From Alloascoidea hylecoeti (Eukaryota), in NCBI GenBank assembly GCA_001600815.1, contig BCKZ01000013.1, positions 1 to 64,000 of the forward strand: a stretch of 64,000 nt of DNA, given 5' to 3'. Made by a program: the position numbers and the translations under genes. The notes below the pieces were generated by a model. The model had not been told where the DNA came from, made no database searches, and worked only from the letters and a program-made list of their open reading frames with translations. Below, in pieces: positions 1-12,284 of the stretch; the first letter of the stretch is position 1, and each line of letters begins with the position of its first letter.

Positions 1-1558
1 CCTTAAGTTGTTTCTTTTCGAACGATGTCAGAACATCACTGTTTAGTAATTGATGCTTATTAATGTGAGCATATTTCTCGTGAATGAAATAAATTTTCTC
101 TAGCTCTGGTTGTTTAACCATTGGTTTAATAATTTCAACATCCANACATAAATGATTATTCATCCTGTTGATTTTAGCAACATTTTTATTATTGTGTGAA
201 ATAAAATTGTAATTGGCATATTCTCTAATAAAGTAATTGTTTTCATATAAGTATCTTGTAGAAATTAGATTAGGAATACCGGTAATTATGGCACAGTTTA
301 ATGATAATGTTGAATTATCCTTGAATTTAATAACCAAAGTACCTTTTCCAATTATTTTGAATGGTTCACCAATAGGGCTTGCAATTTGAGGTAAGTCATT
401 TATGTTAGTACTGACATTGTGTAATAAATTGCAAATATTTGAATTGATGAGGTTGAAACCAGCACCTGTGTCTAAAATTAGATCGTGATTTGGTTGAAAT
501 GTATCAACTTTATTAAAACACCAACCAGGAAGGACAGATGGTTCAGATTCATCTTTATTCGTGTTTGAGTCAAGTGTTCTATTTGTATTNCCTTTCTTAT
601 TTCTTTTTCTTTCTGGACATTCGAAAAAGTAATGTCCTTTGTTACAGGTTGAACAACGAATATCATTGGTACAATCATCAGTTGAATGTTCAGTTGAGCC
701 GCATCTAAAGCAACGTTTGNGTTTAGATTTAAAATGACGTTTTTGTCTTGGCTGGTTGTATTTATTCACTGGAGTTTTATTATTTTGTTGTCCGTTTCGT
801 TGACCTGTGGGTTGGGAAGTCTTTGATATATAATCAATAGTAATGACTTCCTGTTGTTTCAATTGTGATTCAATTGCTAACATTTTTTTTTTTATTTCTT
901 TTTCAGTTATATTTTGACCAATCATTTCGATTGCAACTTTCTCGTATTCTGCTTCCAGACTGCTTAGCATCATATTTAGTTGGGTGGTTACTGGAAAGAT
1001 AATACCTTTAGATTTCAATTCCCTAAAGTAACTCAAGTATTGACCAATGTATCTGGTTACAGACATTGTGTTGACGTCGAATGTTTGATTCATCAATTCA
1101 TGAAGTAATTGTCGAGCTGAAATGTCCGGTTTTACACCACTAATAATGTTGTCAAATGATACTTTTGCACCATATACTAAGTCTATGAAGTCATTTTGGA
1201 TGGCTTTATCTGTTGTAGTCATTAGTATGTTCATGACAGTATCATGTTCTTGCAACTGAGTATCGTTAAGTACATCTTCAGTTGGAAGATCATCATATAT
1301 TGTTGCGTCCAAGATGTATTCTGATAAGTTCAGTCTTCTTAATGTTGATCTTATCAGATATTCCCAAGTTTGGAATGATTGGGGGGAACAATCAATTGTT
1401 AATTTTGGTAGCATTGATAATTCTACCGAATTGATTGTCGTCTGTTTGTTTCCCGTGACAACGATCCTATTACCCTTACTTGTCTCTGGTACCGCGCCGC
1501 TACCATGTTGGCTTATGGGCTCATATGTGGCGATGTCCTTGAATTGTTTCGGAGGCAT
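1..1558 (-). CDS. Gag-Pol polyprotein, single frame, 3'-truncated by the window
   Basis: ATG at 1558 (MPPKQFKDIATYEP...). Zinc knuckle CFRCGSTEHSTDDC (712-671), protease LILDTGAGFNL (D codon at 472) and integrase-type HEKYAHIN near 80 are all in one frame. It is presumably missing from the ORF track because no stop lies inside the window. Confidence 0.92.
   Translation of the reverse strand, partial: MPPKQFKDIATYEPISQHGSGAVPETSKGNRIVVTGNKQTTINSVELSMLPKLTIDCSPQSFQTWEYLIRSTLRRLNLSEYILDATIYDDLPTEDVLNDTQLQEHDTVMNILMTTTDKAIQNDFIDLVYGAKVSFDNIISGVKPDISARQLLHELMNQTFDVNTMSVTRYIGQYLSYFRELKSKGIIFPVTTQLNMMLSSLEAEYEKVAIEMIGQNITEKEIKKKMLAIESQLKQQEVITIDYISKTSQPTGQRNGQQNNKTPVNKYNQPRQKRHFKSKXKRCFRCGSTEHSTDDCTNDIRCSTCNKGHYFFECPERKRNKKXNTNRTLDSNTNKDESEPSVLPGWCFNKVDTFQPNHDLILDTGAGFNLINSNICNLLHNVSTNINDLPQIASPIGEPFKIIGKGTLVIKFKDNSTLSLNCAIITGIPNLISTRYLYENNYFIREYANYNFISHNNKNVAKINRMNNHLCXDVEIIKPMVKQPELEKIYFIHEKYAHINKHQLLNSDVLTSFEKKQLK
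1495..1505 (-). other. Primer-binding site for the 3' end of initiator tRNA-Met
   Basis: TGGTAGCGGCG right after the LTR-terminal CA; compare Ty1 TGGTAGCGCC. Confidence 0.8.
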
Positions 1559-1759
1559 AGTTGGTAATAAATTTATGTTATAAAGAACGTGTCTTTTTTT
1601 TCTAAAACTAAATAATGTGGCAACTCGCTAATATATAAGGGAAATGAAGCTCTTCATAAATATCACCCCATATATATGAAACTATGTAATAACAAAAACT
1701 ATTTTAATTTAATTATATGACTATATATCCAATAGACTTAATTAACCTTTATTATAACA
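1506..1759 (-). repeat. 5' LTR (~254 bp) of the Ty1/copia element
   Basis: Minus strand starts TGTTATAA (1759) and ends CCAACA (1506) immediately before the PBS. It contains TATA-like runs and the gag ATG. The outer boundary is inferred, because the second LTR is outside the window. Confidence 0.7.
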
Positions 1760-2694
1760 ATGGAAGCAGATTTTGCAAAATCACCTATCAATTCTGTAAT
1801 CATTAACACCGTTCAAAAATTTACCCGTTGGTTGTGTGTGTGGGATCAATGAATTTTAAACTTTGTTCAAAGAACAGCAACGGACAAAGGCAATTGTTCT
1901 AAGATCTTTACTCATAGCGTATCCATCATCATACCTACTAAAATTTTTCCTGCTCGTAGCTGTTAAATATCCACTTTATGCGATTTTATCGAATGTTAAA
2001 ATATCGGAAGTAAACGTTATTTCAAACTCTTCACAAATTGATACATTTCAGACAGAATTTTTCATTAAATTAGAACCAAGGAAGCGCTGTTATACATATA
2101 TATGCGAATACAAAGCTTTCACAAGTTACTCTTGATAATATAAGTTGTCATTGTAACCTACCTCAAAACAAGTGTTGACTATATCAACCAGGACGATCAC
2201 CTAAAATATGAAATATTTTGTCGATTCTACTGACAGTCTTCTAAGCGTTCCGTTTTAAAACAGAGTTGGATCTTTTTTCTAACCCTATTTTTAACCATAT
2301 ATCTCGAGCACAAATTGTTTGTTTATACATCAAACAAATTACCAACGTGTTTATTTATGGGAGGAACTTTTCTCTCTCCTGAAAATATAGCAATACTGAT
2401 TCCTTAGCTGTTTACTCCACGCCTTATTTATTTGAGCTTCTATGCCACTCTTTGTCTAGGAAATTAACGGTATTATAATTTTTTATTTTCGATCTTCATA
2501 ATATCATTTAACAGGGAGATTGTAAAATGAGTTATTGTGATATCCTCAAAAGGGAATCTGGGGGAAGAAGGTTGTTCCGAAAGAATCAGATAGCAAATAT
2601 CTTGAAACCCAGATTCTAATAACTGACTTTTATAATGTTGATCTTTTTGGTTGGCTCTAAATATAAGCCTTATAGAATGTCATTTAACGTCTTC

Positions 2695-3207
2695 CTACTC
2701 AAGATCTAGCACCTCCTTGAGCGCCGTTTTTCGATTAAGAAGCACTATGATTGGGTAAAAGAATAATAAAATATTTGTGTTTATTATCATATGGCCATTT
2801 CTTTCGTGATTTATCAACAACATAATCTCAATGATTAATTTAACTCGTATTGAATCATCTGATTTATATATATTGTATGGAATATTATAAGGAATTAGTG
2901 GGTGGGAGTATTCTGTTAGATGGTTTATAAAGGCGCTTATAAATCCGGATGAATACCACATTAATAAAGGTAAATCTGGATATTTTAAATCTGTTTTGTT
3001 CTTCTTTTGAGACATTTTAGCTGCTAGAATTTGTAGATTATTTAAAGAGTTCGATTTCGAAATACCATACTCCTCAAAAATATTTTTCTTCATTGATTGG
3101 TTGAAATTATTATTTTGAAAAGCCTTACAAACAGTCTGAAGTTTTTCTTCAAAATATTCATGAATGAGAAACGCATTGGAAAAGGGTGAAATTGTTGGTG
3201 GAAACTT
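2695..3207 (-). pseudogene. Decayed ORF, weakly RhoGAP-like
   Basis: The frame is open upstream of the 132-aa ORF. ISAFINHLTEYSHPLIPY resembles RhoGAP LKxFLRELPEPLIP, and NIFEEYG lies where GIFRxSG would be. Weak similarity only. Confidence 0.3.
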
Positions 3208-3599
3208 TGAGAAAATTCATTAACATATTTCAACAGATCATGGTCAGAAGAATCTCGAGTTTTGTTGTTTAAACGGTTGTTTAAACGGTCATTTTATACT
3301 CACTTGAGGTTGTTTTTGTTCCTTCTCCCTAGTAAACCCAATAGTTGTCGATAAATATTATGGATTTATTTAATAAAAATTGAGAAGAAAAGAAATTAAA
3401 GGGGTTTAAAACTTCATACCCCATTAATATTTTGATCTAGTAAACGTGATGAATCTGTTGGATATATATTACACTCTTAGAACAGTTCACTAAAGAGTCG
3501 ATTGGCTTTTTGGCGCAACTGGGAGAACAGGCACTTTGAACTTTAACAGAATCTACGTATTATTAGGTCAACTATACTTTAATTACCACTTTCAGATAC

Positions 3600-4376
3600 T
3601 GGTAAGTTTATCTTTGTGAAAAGTTTCCTTACCAACAATACTTCCCAGGAGGATCGATCGAAAACACATTAATCAATAAGTTAACCAGCAATGAAGAATT
3701 TAATTTCTGGTTCATACGATTGTGTGTGTGTGTAATAATTTGGGAATTACCAGATTTCAAACCAATACACCGTATAAGTATCTTACAAGAAATTTGTGAT
3801 TATTCAATTATGAAGGTAGCTTTATACAAGGATTATATTGTTTGTTATAGTTTTGAATATATGCAGGTTTGGAAATCAAGTCTCGATAATTTAGAAAATC
3901 AACTACAGTTCGATTTACAGTACAGTTTAAAAGGAATCTGTTGGAATCATATTTGCATTCATAATGACATTATATATGGTAATATAATGTCAGATGAAGT
4001 AGGATACTGGAATCTTGAAACTGGTGAAATGATATCAAAAAATTCCGATATCATGTACTGAGGTTCCCAGCAGTAAATGATCAATACATATTTGCTCCTC
4101 GGTGCAAACAAATAGCAGTTCAAGATTTACAATCAAGTAAATTGATAGATATTATACCAGATGATGGGTTTTGAAGAATCATATGGATTATTTATGCTTG
4201 ATAATAAAATCTTTTGTGTTGATCATAATTGTGTGTTAAAAAGTACAGATCCTCGAAGCCCACCTTTTTCAATTGATGCTGATTCCAAAAAGATGGCTGC
4301 TTATGCTTTGGATGGTGATCTGGTTATTTATAATTATACTAAACATTTAAGAAAAAAATATCTAAAACATTTATAA
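3600..4376 (+). pseudogene. Fragmented beta-propeller (WD40-like) coding relic
   Basis: Two consecutive ORFs (3720-4061, 4161-4376) with WD-type strand ends (VIIWEL, MQVWKS, VGYWNLETGEMI, DGDLVIYNY), separated by a stop. Confidence 0.4.
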
Positions 4377-4530
4377 TTTATTTAAAGTTGAAAATACACA
4401 TCGTTTCGTAACTGTAGAGAAATTTAAATTGAAACGAATATCACCATTTCATTTGTATATCTACTGTTTAATTACATTTTTCCTTCGCACGGAATTAAAC
4501 TCGTATTTTCTAAATATCGTTCCATATCCC

Positions 4531-4544
4531 CAGGGCTCATAACC
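4531..4544 (-). other. Half-tRNA-iMet PBS (Ty5/Drosophila copia type)
   Basis: GGTTATGAGCCCTG directly after ...CTATCA; a 14-nt complement of the tRNA-iMet anticodon arm CAGGGCUCAUAACC. Confidence 0.8.
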
Positions 4545-4913
4545 TGATAGTGTGTAAAGCTGGAAATGTCGGATGCAGATCTAAAGAAAGGCTTATGGCG
4601 TTACCCAGGATGATTTGGTAGTGCTGTTTGTGGAAATTATTTGGTCAAGGTTAGCGTTATATATTACGTAAATTAATTAGCACTATTCTATAAAATTATT
4701 TAACGATCGGTATAAATAAATAATTAGCCACTTATCCGAAAATTAATTAGTGATCCATGCAAAAGATTGGCGATTCTGCTGAAAATTAATTACACTTATG
4801 TTTGAACTTTAATTGGTCGTATGTATGAGAATTAATTAGCGTTCGGGGTGGGAGTTAGTTAGTCATCCCTTGGCTAGATAGTATATATAATTAAACCATC
4901 TTACAAACCATCA
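4545..4913 (-). mobile_element. LTR (~369 bp) of a second, truncated Ty5-type element
   Basis: TG...CA termini with an imperfect 15-bp inverted repeat (TGATAGTGTGTAAAG / TCTTACAAACCATCA, 11/15). It abuts the PBS, and no gag follows. Confidence 0.65.
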
Positions 4914-6719
4914 AAATACTGTATTATATATGAAATTAATATTCACCTTATTTAGTTGATGATGGACCGAAGATATTTTGGGTGGATGGGCACCCCATAC
5001 TAACGAACTGGTCATTTTGTCTGCAGTTGTGATCACTCTAAATCTGAACATCATTACACGACAGTACATGTAATAATTGAGTAATTCGAGTTTCACCTTA
5101 AACAAAACTAAAGGATTGGAATAATATTGGTGTCTCAGTAGTAACTAAGAGGACCTTGAGAGATGGTAGAAAGCTCTGTGCTCCTTGGTTAAGCGAGGCA
5201 GTGGATAGATGGTACTGATTATTTCGCCTACGGGGGAGACAGTTTATCCCCAATTAGGTAGAAATTGGCGTTCCAAAAACACGCACCAAAATCAAAAAGG
5301 AGTTTTATACCTGGCGATGATCAATGCAATAAATAAAGGATTTGTCTTCTACTATTATCTAAGGGTCAGTAAGATTGGTGTTTGGCAGTTTGATCCAGCC
5401 ATGGCAGTGCATCTGTCTCTATGCAGGCCGCCAAACTAAACAGAAAAATACACAAGAGGATTTTTAAATAAAATTTATTTGAGAGAATAATTTTGGAGGC
5501 CGGAATGACTGAAAACAAACAATATTCAGTGGCATATATGCTAGATGGAGAATTCTCAAGGAACGATCGACGTTAACAGTTCAATTTCAAGAATTGAACG
5601 CTAAGGCTTGCAGCCTTTAAAAGCAAAATGAAATAATTAAGAAACGATAGGAAATTTAAAGGCAATTCAAATTCTCGACGAATATCCAGTATTTAGTTAT
5701 CTCCGAGTAAAAAAGTAGAAGAAATCTTCCAACTTGAATTGAAAATAGATATGTCAGTGGATGTTTTAGTAAACGCTACAAGTAGCGCTTATTTTTGAAT
5801 GGTTGGAAGCCTTGGTGGTTGGAACCTTAAGGTATACAAAATTTAATTCCCACAAAATGCCTTCTTCTGATAATTTCTTTCTGAAGCCTTTAAATTTACC
5901 TACTATTTTAATTTTAATATTAATGTTCAACTGGATCCATTTTCTGTGCTGAACTGTTGATCGATCATAAAATAGGAACACAAAACAAACATTATTACCG
6001 GATAATCCTATATTTCAATCCCGGATTCTTTCTTTTGTACTGGTACCACTTCATTAATAAGCTATTGTAAGAGTACCCATACCCCGAAAGTAGATCACGG
6101 GTTACTTATTCTGCCCGGCTTCTTTCCGAGGTTGGTACGATCCGAAATTGGTATCTACTCGGAAGTCGGTGCCCGTTATAACCGATGGCTGGCACCTGAA
6201 AATTAAGTTTCAAAATTCTAAATCATTTACCGATATTACACTGCTTCTTAGTCAAGTCAAAAAATAGATTGCGAGTTAGACCTGAAATACTATTATTGGG
6301 TTACATATACTACGATATTCGTAATTAGTGGTAGACCACTGGTGGTTCACTTCTACCAAGTGTATATCGTATAATTTTCTAACACAAAGGTAATTCGGTT
6401 TTGTGATCCCTGCCGTATTTCGTAATTATATATATATTTCAATTGTAACCTACAAATTAAAGGGATCACTATGGTTCACCACCATCATAACAGGTAACAA
6501 ATGAGTCATGAACCAGCAGTTGCAATTAAACATCAAAAAAGGGTGACAGATATAGGGTTACTGCGTGACACTAAAACTGCCATTCCTATTAATAAGTTAC
6601 AGTGCTACATTCTAAAAGTGTCGACAACAGGTCTCAGTCACTAATTGTATCACGTGATCGACTTCATATATAAAGACGAGCACAGCCTTTACACAACCAG
6701 ATCTTTAACCGTCTTGATC

Positions 6720-7526
6720 ATGTATAGGCCTCAGGAAGACGAACTTGCTGTAAGACATTAATCGATGAAACTTAAGTTTATAACTCCTAACTGTATATGA
6801 CAGATAAATCCAACTCCAGAAGAAGCTTTTGGTGAAAAGAAACCACACAGACCAGAACGAAAATCAACCTCTAATAGCTATGATAAGATCCAATACCAAC
6901 CCCCCAAGAGGACACAACAGCAACAGCAACAACAACAACAACAACAACAACGTTTTCGCCCGTCTCGTCCTCCTTCTGTGGCTTCAAATGCATCCACCTC
7001 TGCTGAACAAATGGAAAGAAAATTACGAGAGATATTTAATAGAGTTGATGTCAATAGGTCCGGTCTTTTATCCGAATATGAATTGAGCAGCGCCCTCATT
7101 AACAATGACTATACCCGTTTCAACTCAGATACAGTCCGACTCATGATAAAACTATTTGATAAAGATGGAAGTGGGACTATTAATTTCCCGGAATTCGTTG
7201 AATTGTGGAAATACATTGCTTATTGGCGTAAAATCTTCCAACAATTTGATGTTGATGGAAGTGCCACCATTTCTTTTCAAGAATATCAAGATGCTTTAAA
7301 AGCATTTGGATATGCCATGTCTGCAGACACAATTCTTTTCATTTTCAATAAATTTACTCATTTTCAGCGTGGTACGATCCCGGTTATGCAATTTGATATG
7401 TTTGTGGATTCTTTAATATGGTTGCTTCGTATCACCAATTCTTTCAAGAAATATGATGAAAGGGGAGATGGAGTTGGTGTATTCCCCTTTCAACAGTTTG
7501 TCATGGAAGTTATGAATTTTAGATGA
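6720..7526 (+). CDS. PEF1: Penta-EF-hand protein (peflin); join(6720..6749,6804..7526), 250 aa
   Basis: EF-hand loops DVNRSGLLSEYE, DKDGSGTINFPE and DVDGSATISFQE; polyQ/Pro N-terminus. A 54-nt intron (GTAAGA...TCCTAAC...CAG) restores an in-frame ATG. Confidence 0.9.
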
Positions 7527-7862
7527 TTATATTAATTATGAGCAAATGATTGAATATCAATTGATTTGTTTCTGTTTTATTTAATCTTTATAAATTTGCA
7601 ATTGTATTATTATTATTATTATTATATATTTTGTTTACTTTACGTTGTTGTTATTTTTAATAAATATTATACATTTTAATTTTCATTTTCATTATCATTT
7701 TTCATTTTTACTAACAGTTAAAATAATACTAACATAAAAAAAAATTAAGCGCCATAGGCATTGAAGTTTCCCACCTACTTCCACATTTCTTTTTCCACTC
7801 TTTTTCCTTTCACTCCTCCCTTTTTTCCCTTTCTATATTTTTTATATTTTCATATAACTAAA

Positions 7863-10094
7863 ATGATTATGGGTTTTGCAGATGAGAATGATTATCCTTA
7901 CCATTTGGAAATTGATTATGAAAATATCCCAGATGAATGCATTGATTCAAATCTAGAAAGATCAATTGATCAATCCGTTGATGAAAATGATTTCAGCTTC
8001 ACCCCTACTATTGATGGTTATAATGATAAATTTGAGGAAGAAATTAAGCCTGGTGATAACAAACTGGAATCGTCAGATAACGTTGAAAATAATCCATTCT
8101 TCGATCACAATACCACTCCAAATCCAGTTATCGAGACTACAAACAATTCATGGGATACTAATATTGATCAAGTTGATAGTCCTAGTAAAGTCAGCTTAGT
8201 TGAAAGCAGTAGGTCAAGACATGTGTCACAAACACCTTCCACAAAAGAATTCTCTTGTGATTCTACTATGGGATTACACTACTTACCTCATCAAAAGTAT
8301 GTTTATAAAAAATCATCTTGATTTAAAAAATATTATTATTTTTGTCTCTGTTACTAAAAATAATATAGGCGCTATCTTGCAAAGAAACAAGGAGTCTCTT
8401 TAACATTAATGACTGTAGGTCATTCTGGATCTGGTATGTGTTATTTTTTATTTTTTATTATAAATATTAATACAAACAACATTAACAGAAGTATATATAT
8501 AAACAGGAAAAACTACTTTTTTAAATACTTTGTTTGCGACTGATATATTCACAACACCAGGAGTAAATAATGACTGTAACAGCAGTCTATACAGCTCTTC
8601 AAAAGGTGAATCTATTCAAGGCTCTACTCCATCATCTGCTAAGGTCATTTTGAGTGATAACGAAACTATATCTACTGCTTCAACTTCATCAAGTAGGTAC
8701 AGTCAATCTTCTCTTTATAGTGGTGCTTCAAGTTTTGATCCCATTGCTAGTTATATCATTAATGCTAGTTCAAGCCAAACTGAATCACCACCTCTTAAAC
8801 TTGATGTTACAGATGCTATATTATATGAGAATGATATTGAACTACGTTTATCTGTTATCGATACTCCACAATTTGGAGATTCTTTAAACAATTCCAACTG
8901 TTGGGCAAAGTTAGTAAATTTTATTGAATCAATGCATCATGCTTATATGATTCAAGAAGAACAACCTTCCAGAGATAATATTTTTGATAGAAGAGTTCAT
9001 GCTTGTCTTTACTTTATTGAGCCAATGGGTAATGAATTGCGCCCTTTAGATGTTCTTACTATGAAGGCGTTATCTTCTCGTGTGAACTTGATACCTCTTA
9101 TATCAAAAGCCGATTGTTTCACCCAAGAAGAATTAAAGGCTTTTAAAAACCAGGTAAGTTGATAGCCAATTTCCGTTAATTATGAAGAACTCAATAACTA
9201 ACTTATCCATATTTTAAACATCTTTAGATCATGCAAACTATCAAGGCCCAAAATATATTCCTGTGTGGCAGAAATTTTAATGGTCCTAAATTAGCCGAAG
9301 ACCTATCCTTTACTAGTGATATCCCTTTTGCGGTAATAGGATCACAGGAACAATTTGAAACATCTGAAGGAAAATATGTTCGAGGAAGGAAATATAACTG
9401 GGGTATAGCTGATGTTGAAAATGAGGACCATTGTGATTTTGTTAAACTTCGAAATGTCTTGTTAGGAGAAAATATGTTGGATCTTGTTCAAACAACAGAA
9501 GTTTATTATGAGAAGTATCGTTCAGAAGCAGTCTTCCAAAGATTAATGAAAGCCAAGAATGACCCTAATCTTGATTACAACGATATTAGTGATATCGACA
9601 ATCAAATGACAGGCTTAGAGATTCAAAAATTAGTTTCTCCTATCAAACAATTTTATATCCCCAATTATAATGATGAAATCTCAAATAGAGATAAAATGTC
9701 TTTATATAAGAAATATAAAAGATTATCTTCACAACATGATGAACGTTTCAAAGCTTGGATCGAAGCATTACGCAACCAAGAAAAAAACTTGAATGAAGAA
9801 CTTCAAGAACTTTATCAAGTAATAATGTCTAAGCATCAACAGTATGGAATTACTATGGAACTAGGGTTTTCTGAAGGAACTTATCAAGATGGTTCTATCA
9901 TTCATCAGCATAGTATTCTTTCTCGATTGAATTCAGTTACAAGTTTAGCTAAGTCAAGCGCAAATTCAAGCAGCTCAAAGTCAAGTTCAAAGGCAAGCTC
10001 ACATACTAGCTCAAGTACACATTTAAGCTCAAAGCCTGAAAAGACAGTCACAAAATTTGGGTCAAGATTTACAGCAAAAAGAGAATTAAAATGA
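7863..10094 (+). CDS. SPR3: Septin, probably sporulation-specific Spr3-like; join(7863..8296,8369..8433,8507..9153,9228..10094), 670 aa
   Basis: Three GT-AG introns (72, 73 and 74 nt) yield G1 GHSGSGKTT, DTPQFGD, G4 SKAD, the septin element GRKYNWG..VENEDHCDF and a C-terminal coiled coil. PEF1-SPR3 adjacency matches S. cerevisiae YGR058W-YGR059W. Confidence 0.85.
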
Positions 10095-10598
10095 TTAGAT
10101 GCATTTATGCATATTCGCGTTCCAAAAGAATTAGTATCCTCTCATGTCTTGGGAATTTTTTATTTCTGATATATATAATCTATAAGATATAGCTTATAAA
10201 TAATCAATCATCATTGAAATAAATTTTTTATTTATTGGTATTTTGGGGGAAATCTATACTCGTGGATACAGGTAGCCGTATAATCTCTTTGTCAGGATTA
10301 TTGTAAAAACAAAGAAGTTTATAGAATCAACATAAGAAGCGATATATCGTGTATGAAATACGAAAGGGCATTGTTTACGTACGAGATCTTTTTATAAATC
10401 ATGGACAAACAAGCTTTATTTGGTTGTAGTTTTACTTCCCTTTCACCTTTTATAATCATAGAGGCCTAGACAAGATTCATTTTTGAAGATAAAGATATAG
10501 AAGGTTAAATAGATTTCTTCCAACTGTGATTTACTTTCTTCTTAAACTTTGGAAACATCAAGAAAGTCTGTAAAACTTTGAGGATTTAGTAATATTCA

Positions 10599-11912
10599 AT
10601 GAATTGTTATCCATTTCAACCATATTGTAACAATAACATTAACTATGATAATCCTTCATTGAATTACAATAAAGTGGCAAATGCTGATGATTTGCAGCCG
10701 AACTGCAATATTCAGCATCCAGGTCTAGGGTCATCTCTGAACATATCAACTTCATTTAACACTTCTGAAAATCCAAATACTAATGAATCAGTTACTAGGC
10801 AAATACAACCATCTATAAGCAAATTAACAACTCATTTTTGGGAGGATGAGAAAACCATATGTTATCAAATTGAACTGAATTCAGTTATAATTGCAAGAAG
10901 AGAGGATAATAATTTTATCAATGGAACAAAATTATTAAATGTTGTTCCTGATATGACAAGAGGTCGAAGAGATGGTATTTTAAAAGTTGAAAAACAAAGA
11001 CATGTCATAAGGTTCGGTCCAATGGTTTTTAAAGGAGTTTGGATTCCACTTGAAAGAGCACTCAGATTAGCAAATAGAGAAAATGTTGTTGATCAATTAT
11101 ATCCATTATTTGCTAATAATATTAAAGATTTAGTTTCCCAAGGTCCATTCTTAAAACCATCTGTTAAGTCGCGTGATCAAAATCAGCGATCTGTGAGATA
11201 TTCCAAGAATGAAGGTTCTACAGGACAGATTCCTCTGGCTCAGCCTGTTGATCTTACTTATTATTATGACCAAGGAAAACAATTTAGATATACACAAGCT
11301 TACATACCTACCCATGACCAAAACCAACAAATCTATCTTCAACAAGCAAATTCATGGCTAGCAGGTGCATACACGGCAAATCAGGGCAGAACCCCAATAG
11401 TAAATCAAAATTCGATAATAAGGCAACAAAAAATTCAAAGTTCTATTCAGTATAATTATGATAATAGTCCCTTGCAGAGAGTAGCTCAATCTAGCCAAGG
11501 GGATTATTTAGATATTAATTCATCACGATCAAGAGCCCCTCAAATGCAAGAAATTTCTATTCCCAATACAAATGGTGGAGAATTTTGTAACACCAGTGAA
11601 AATGATAGCAACACTATAGCTAATTTAAGTGCTGGTAATTTGAGGTCATTGACCCCAGCATCAATAGTGGGAACTGTTCCAGAACAGTCAGGATTACATT
11701 CTACGACACATTATGATACTACTATGAGTAGTATAAGTAGAACTCTAACACCTATTCCAGTTTCACTAATGAGCACTAGTGTATCTGCTGTGAGTCACGA
11801 TGACAACCTTCGAGATTTGCAGTTGGAGACAGAAGGTAAACTAAAGAGGAAAAGAGGTTTTCAAAGTTATGAAGTCTCTCCTAAAAATATACAATACACT
11901 ACAGTTATCTAA
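10599..11912 (+). CDS. APSES-domain transcription factor (StuA/Sok2/Phd1/Efg1 family), divergent
   Basis: [10 protein letters not shown]...[28 protein letters not shown]...[10 protein letters not shown]...LYPLF. Confidence 0.92.
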   Translation: MNCYPFQPYCNNNINYDNPSLNYNKVANADDLQPNCNIQHPGLGSSLNISTSFNTSENPNTNESVTRQIQPSISKLTTHFWEDEKTICYQIELNSVIIARREDNNFINGTKLLNVVPDMTRGRRDGILKVEKQRHVIRFGPMVFKGVWIPLERALRLANRENVVDQLYPLFANNIKDLVSQGPFLKPSVKSRDQNQRSVRYSKNEGSTGQIPLAQPVDLTYYYDQGKQFRYTQAYIPTHDQNQQIYLQQANSWLAGAYTANQGRTPIVNQNSIIRQQKIQSSIQYNYDNSPLQRVAQSSQGDYLDINSSRSRAPQMQEISIPNTNGGEFCNTSENDSNTIANLSAGNLRSLTPASIVGTVPEQSGLHSTTHYDTTMSSISRTLTPIPVSLMSTSVSAVSHDDNLRDLQLETEGKLKRKRGFQSYEVSPKNIQYTTVI

Positions 11913-12284
11913 ATACAAGCTTAATTATTTATATTAATACAATTGCAAATGATAAAGACATTTAATTATATAATATACAATTAACTTTTAAATGTTGTAT
12001 AATTAATTTTAGCATATAGAGAATTTTATTTCATTTTGAAGCTCATTGTTTACATGTAATTTAGGTATTATACTTGATTCACAGAAGCCCCATTATAAAA
12101 TGTATAACATCTCAATTGCAAATATTTGGTGGTGAAACCTTGTAGATATGGTTAAGAATTTTAAATAAACAGTATAAGTTATTGATATTTATACCATGGG
12201 TACCAATGTCATGCGTTAATAATTTATTCTTACTCGTTATCTAAACTTATAGTTATAACTTTATATAATTTAAAGATGCATTGA

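Larger units (their letters stand above)
1..1759 (-). mobile_element. Ty1/copia LTR retrotransposon, 5' portion (continues beyond left window edge)
   Basis: LTR with TGTT...AACA termini (1506-1759), directly followed on the - strand by PBS TGGTAGCGGCG (1505-1495). An open gag-PR-IN frame follows, in copia domain order. N bases at 145, 590 and 720 may reflect collapsed copies. Confidence 0.92.

Noticed and set aside
1576..1759. Alternative 184-bp LTR bounded by TGTTATAA...TTATAACA
   Set aside because: No PBS follows 1576 and there is no target duplication; the PBS at 1505 favours an LTR end at 1506.
5100..6600. GC-richer stretch with a small hairpin and a 76-aa ORF
   Set aside because: No RNase P/MRP, snRNA, LTR or protein motif could be supported.
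10875..10877. CTG codon at a normally Ala position of the APSES domain, hinting at CUG reassignment
   Set aside because: GCN1 CTG codons at 14142-14144 (YRK-L-STII) and 17829-17831 (VKA-L-AE) occupy conserved Leu positions, so the standard code fits better.
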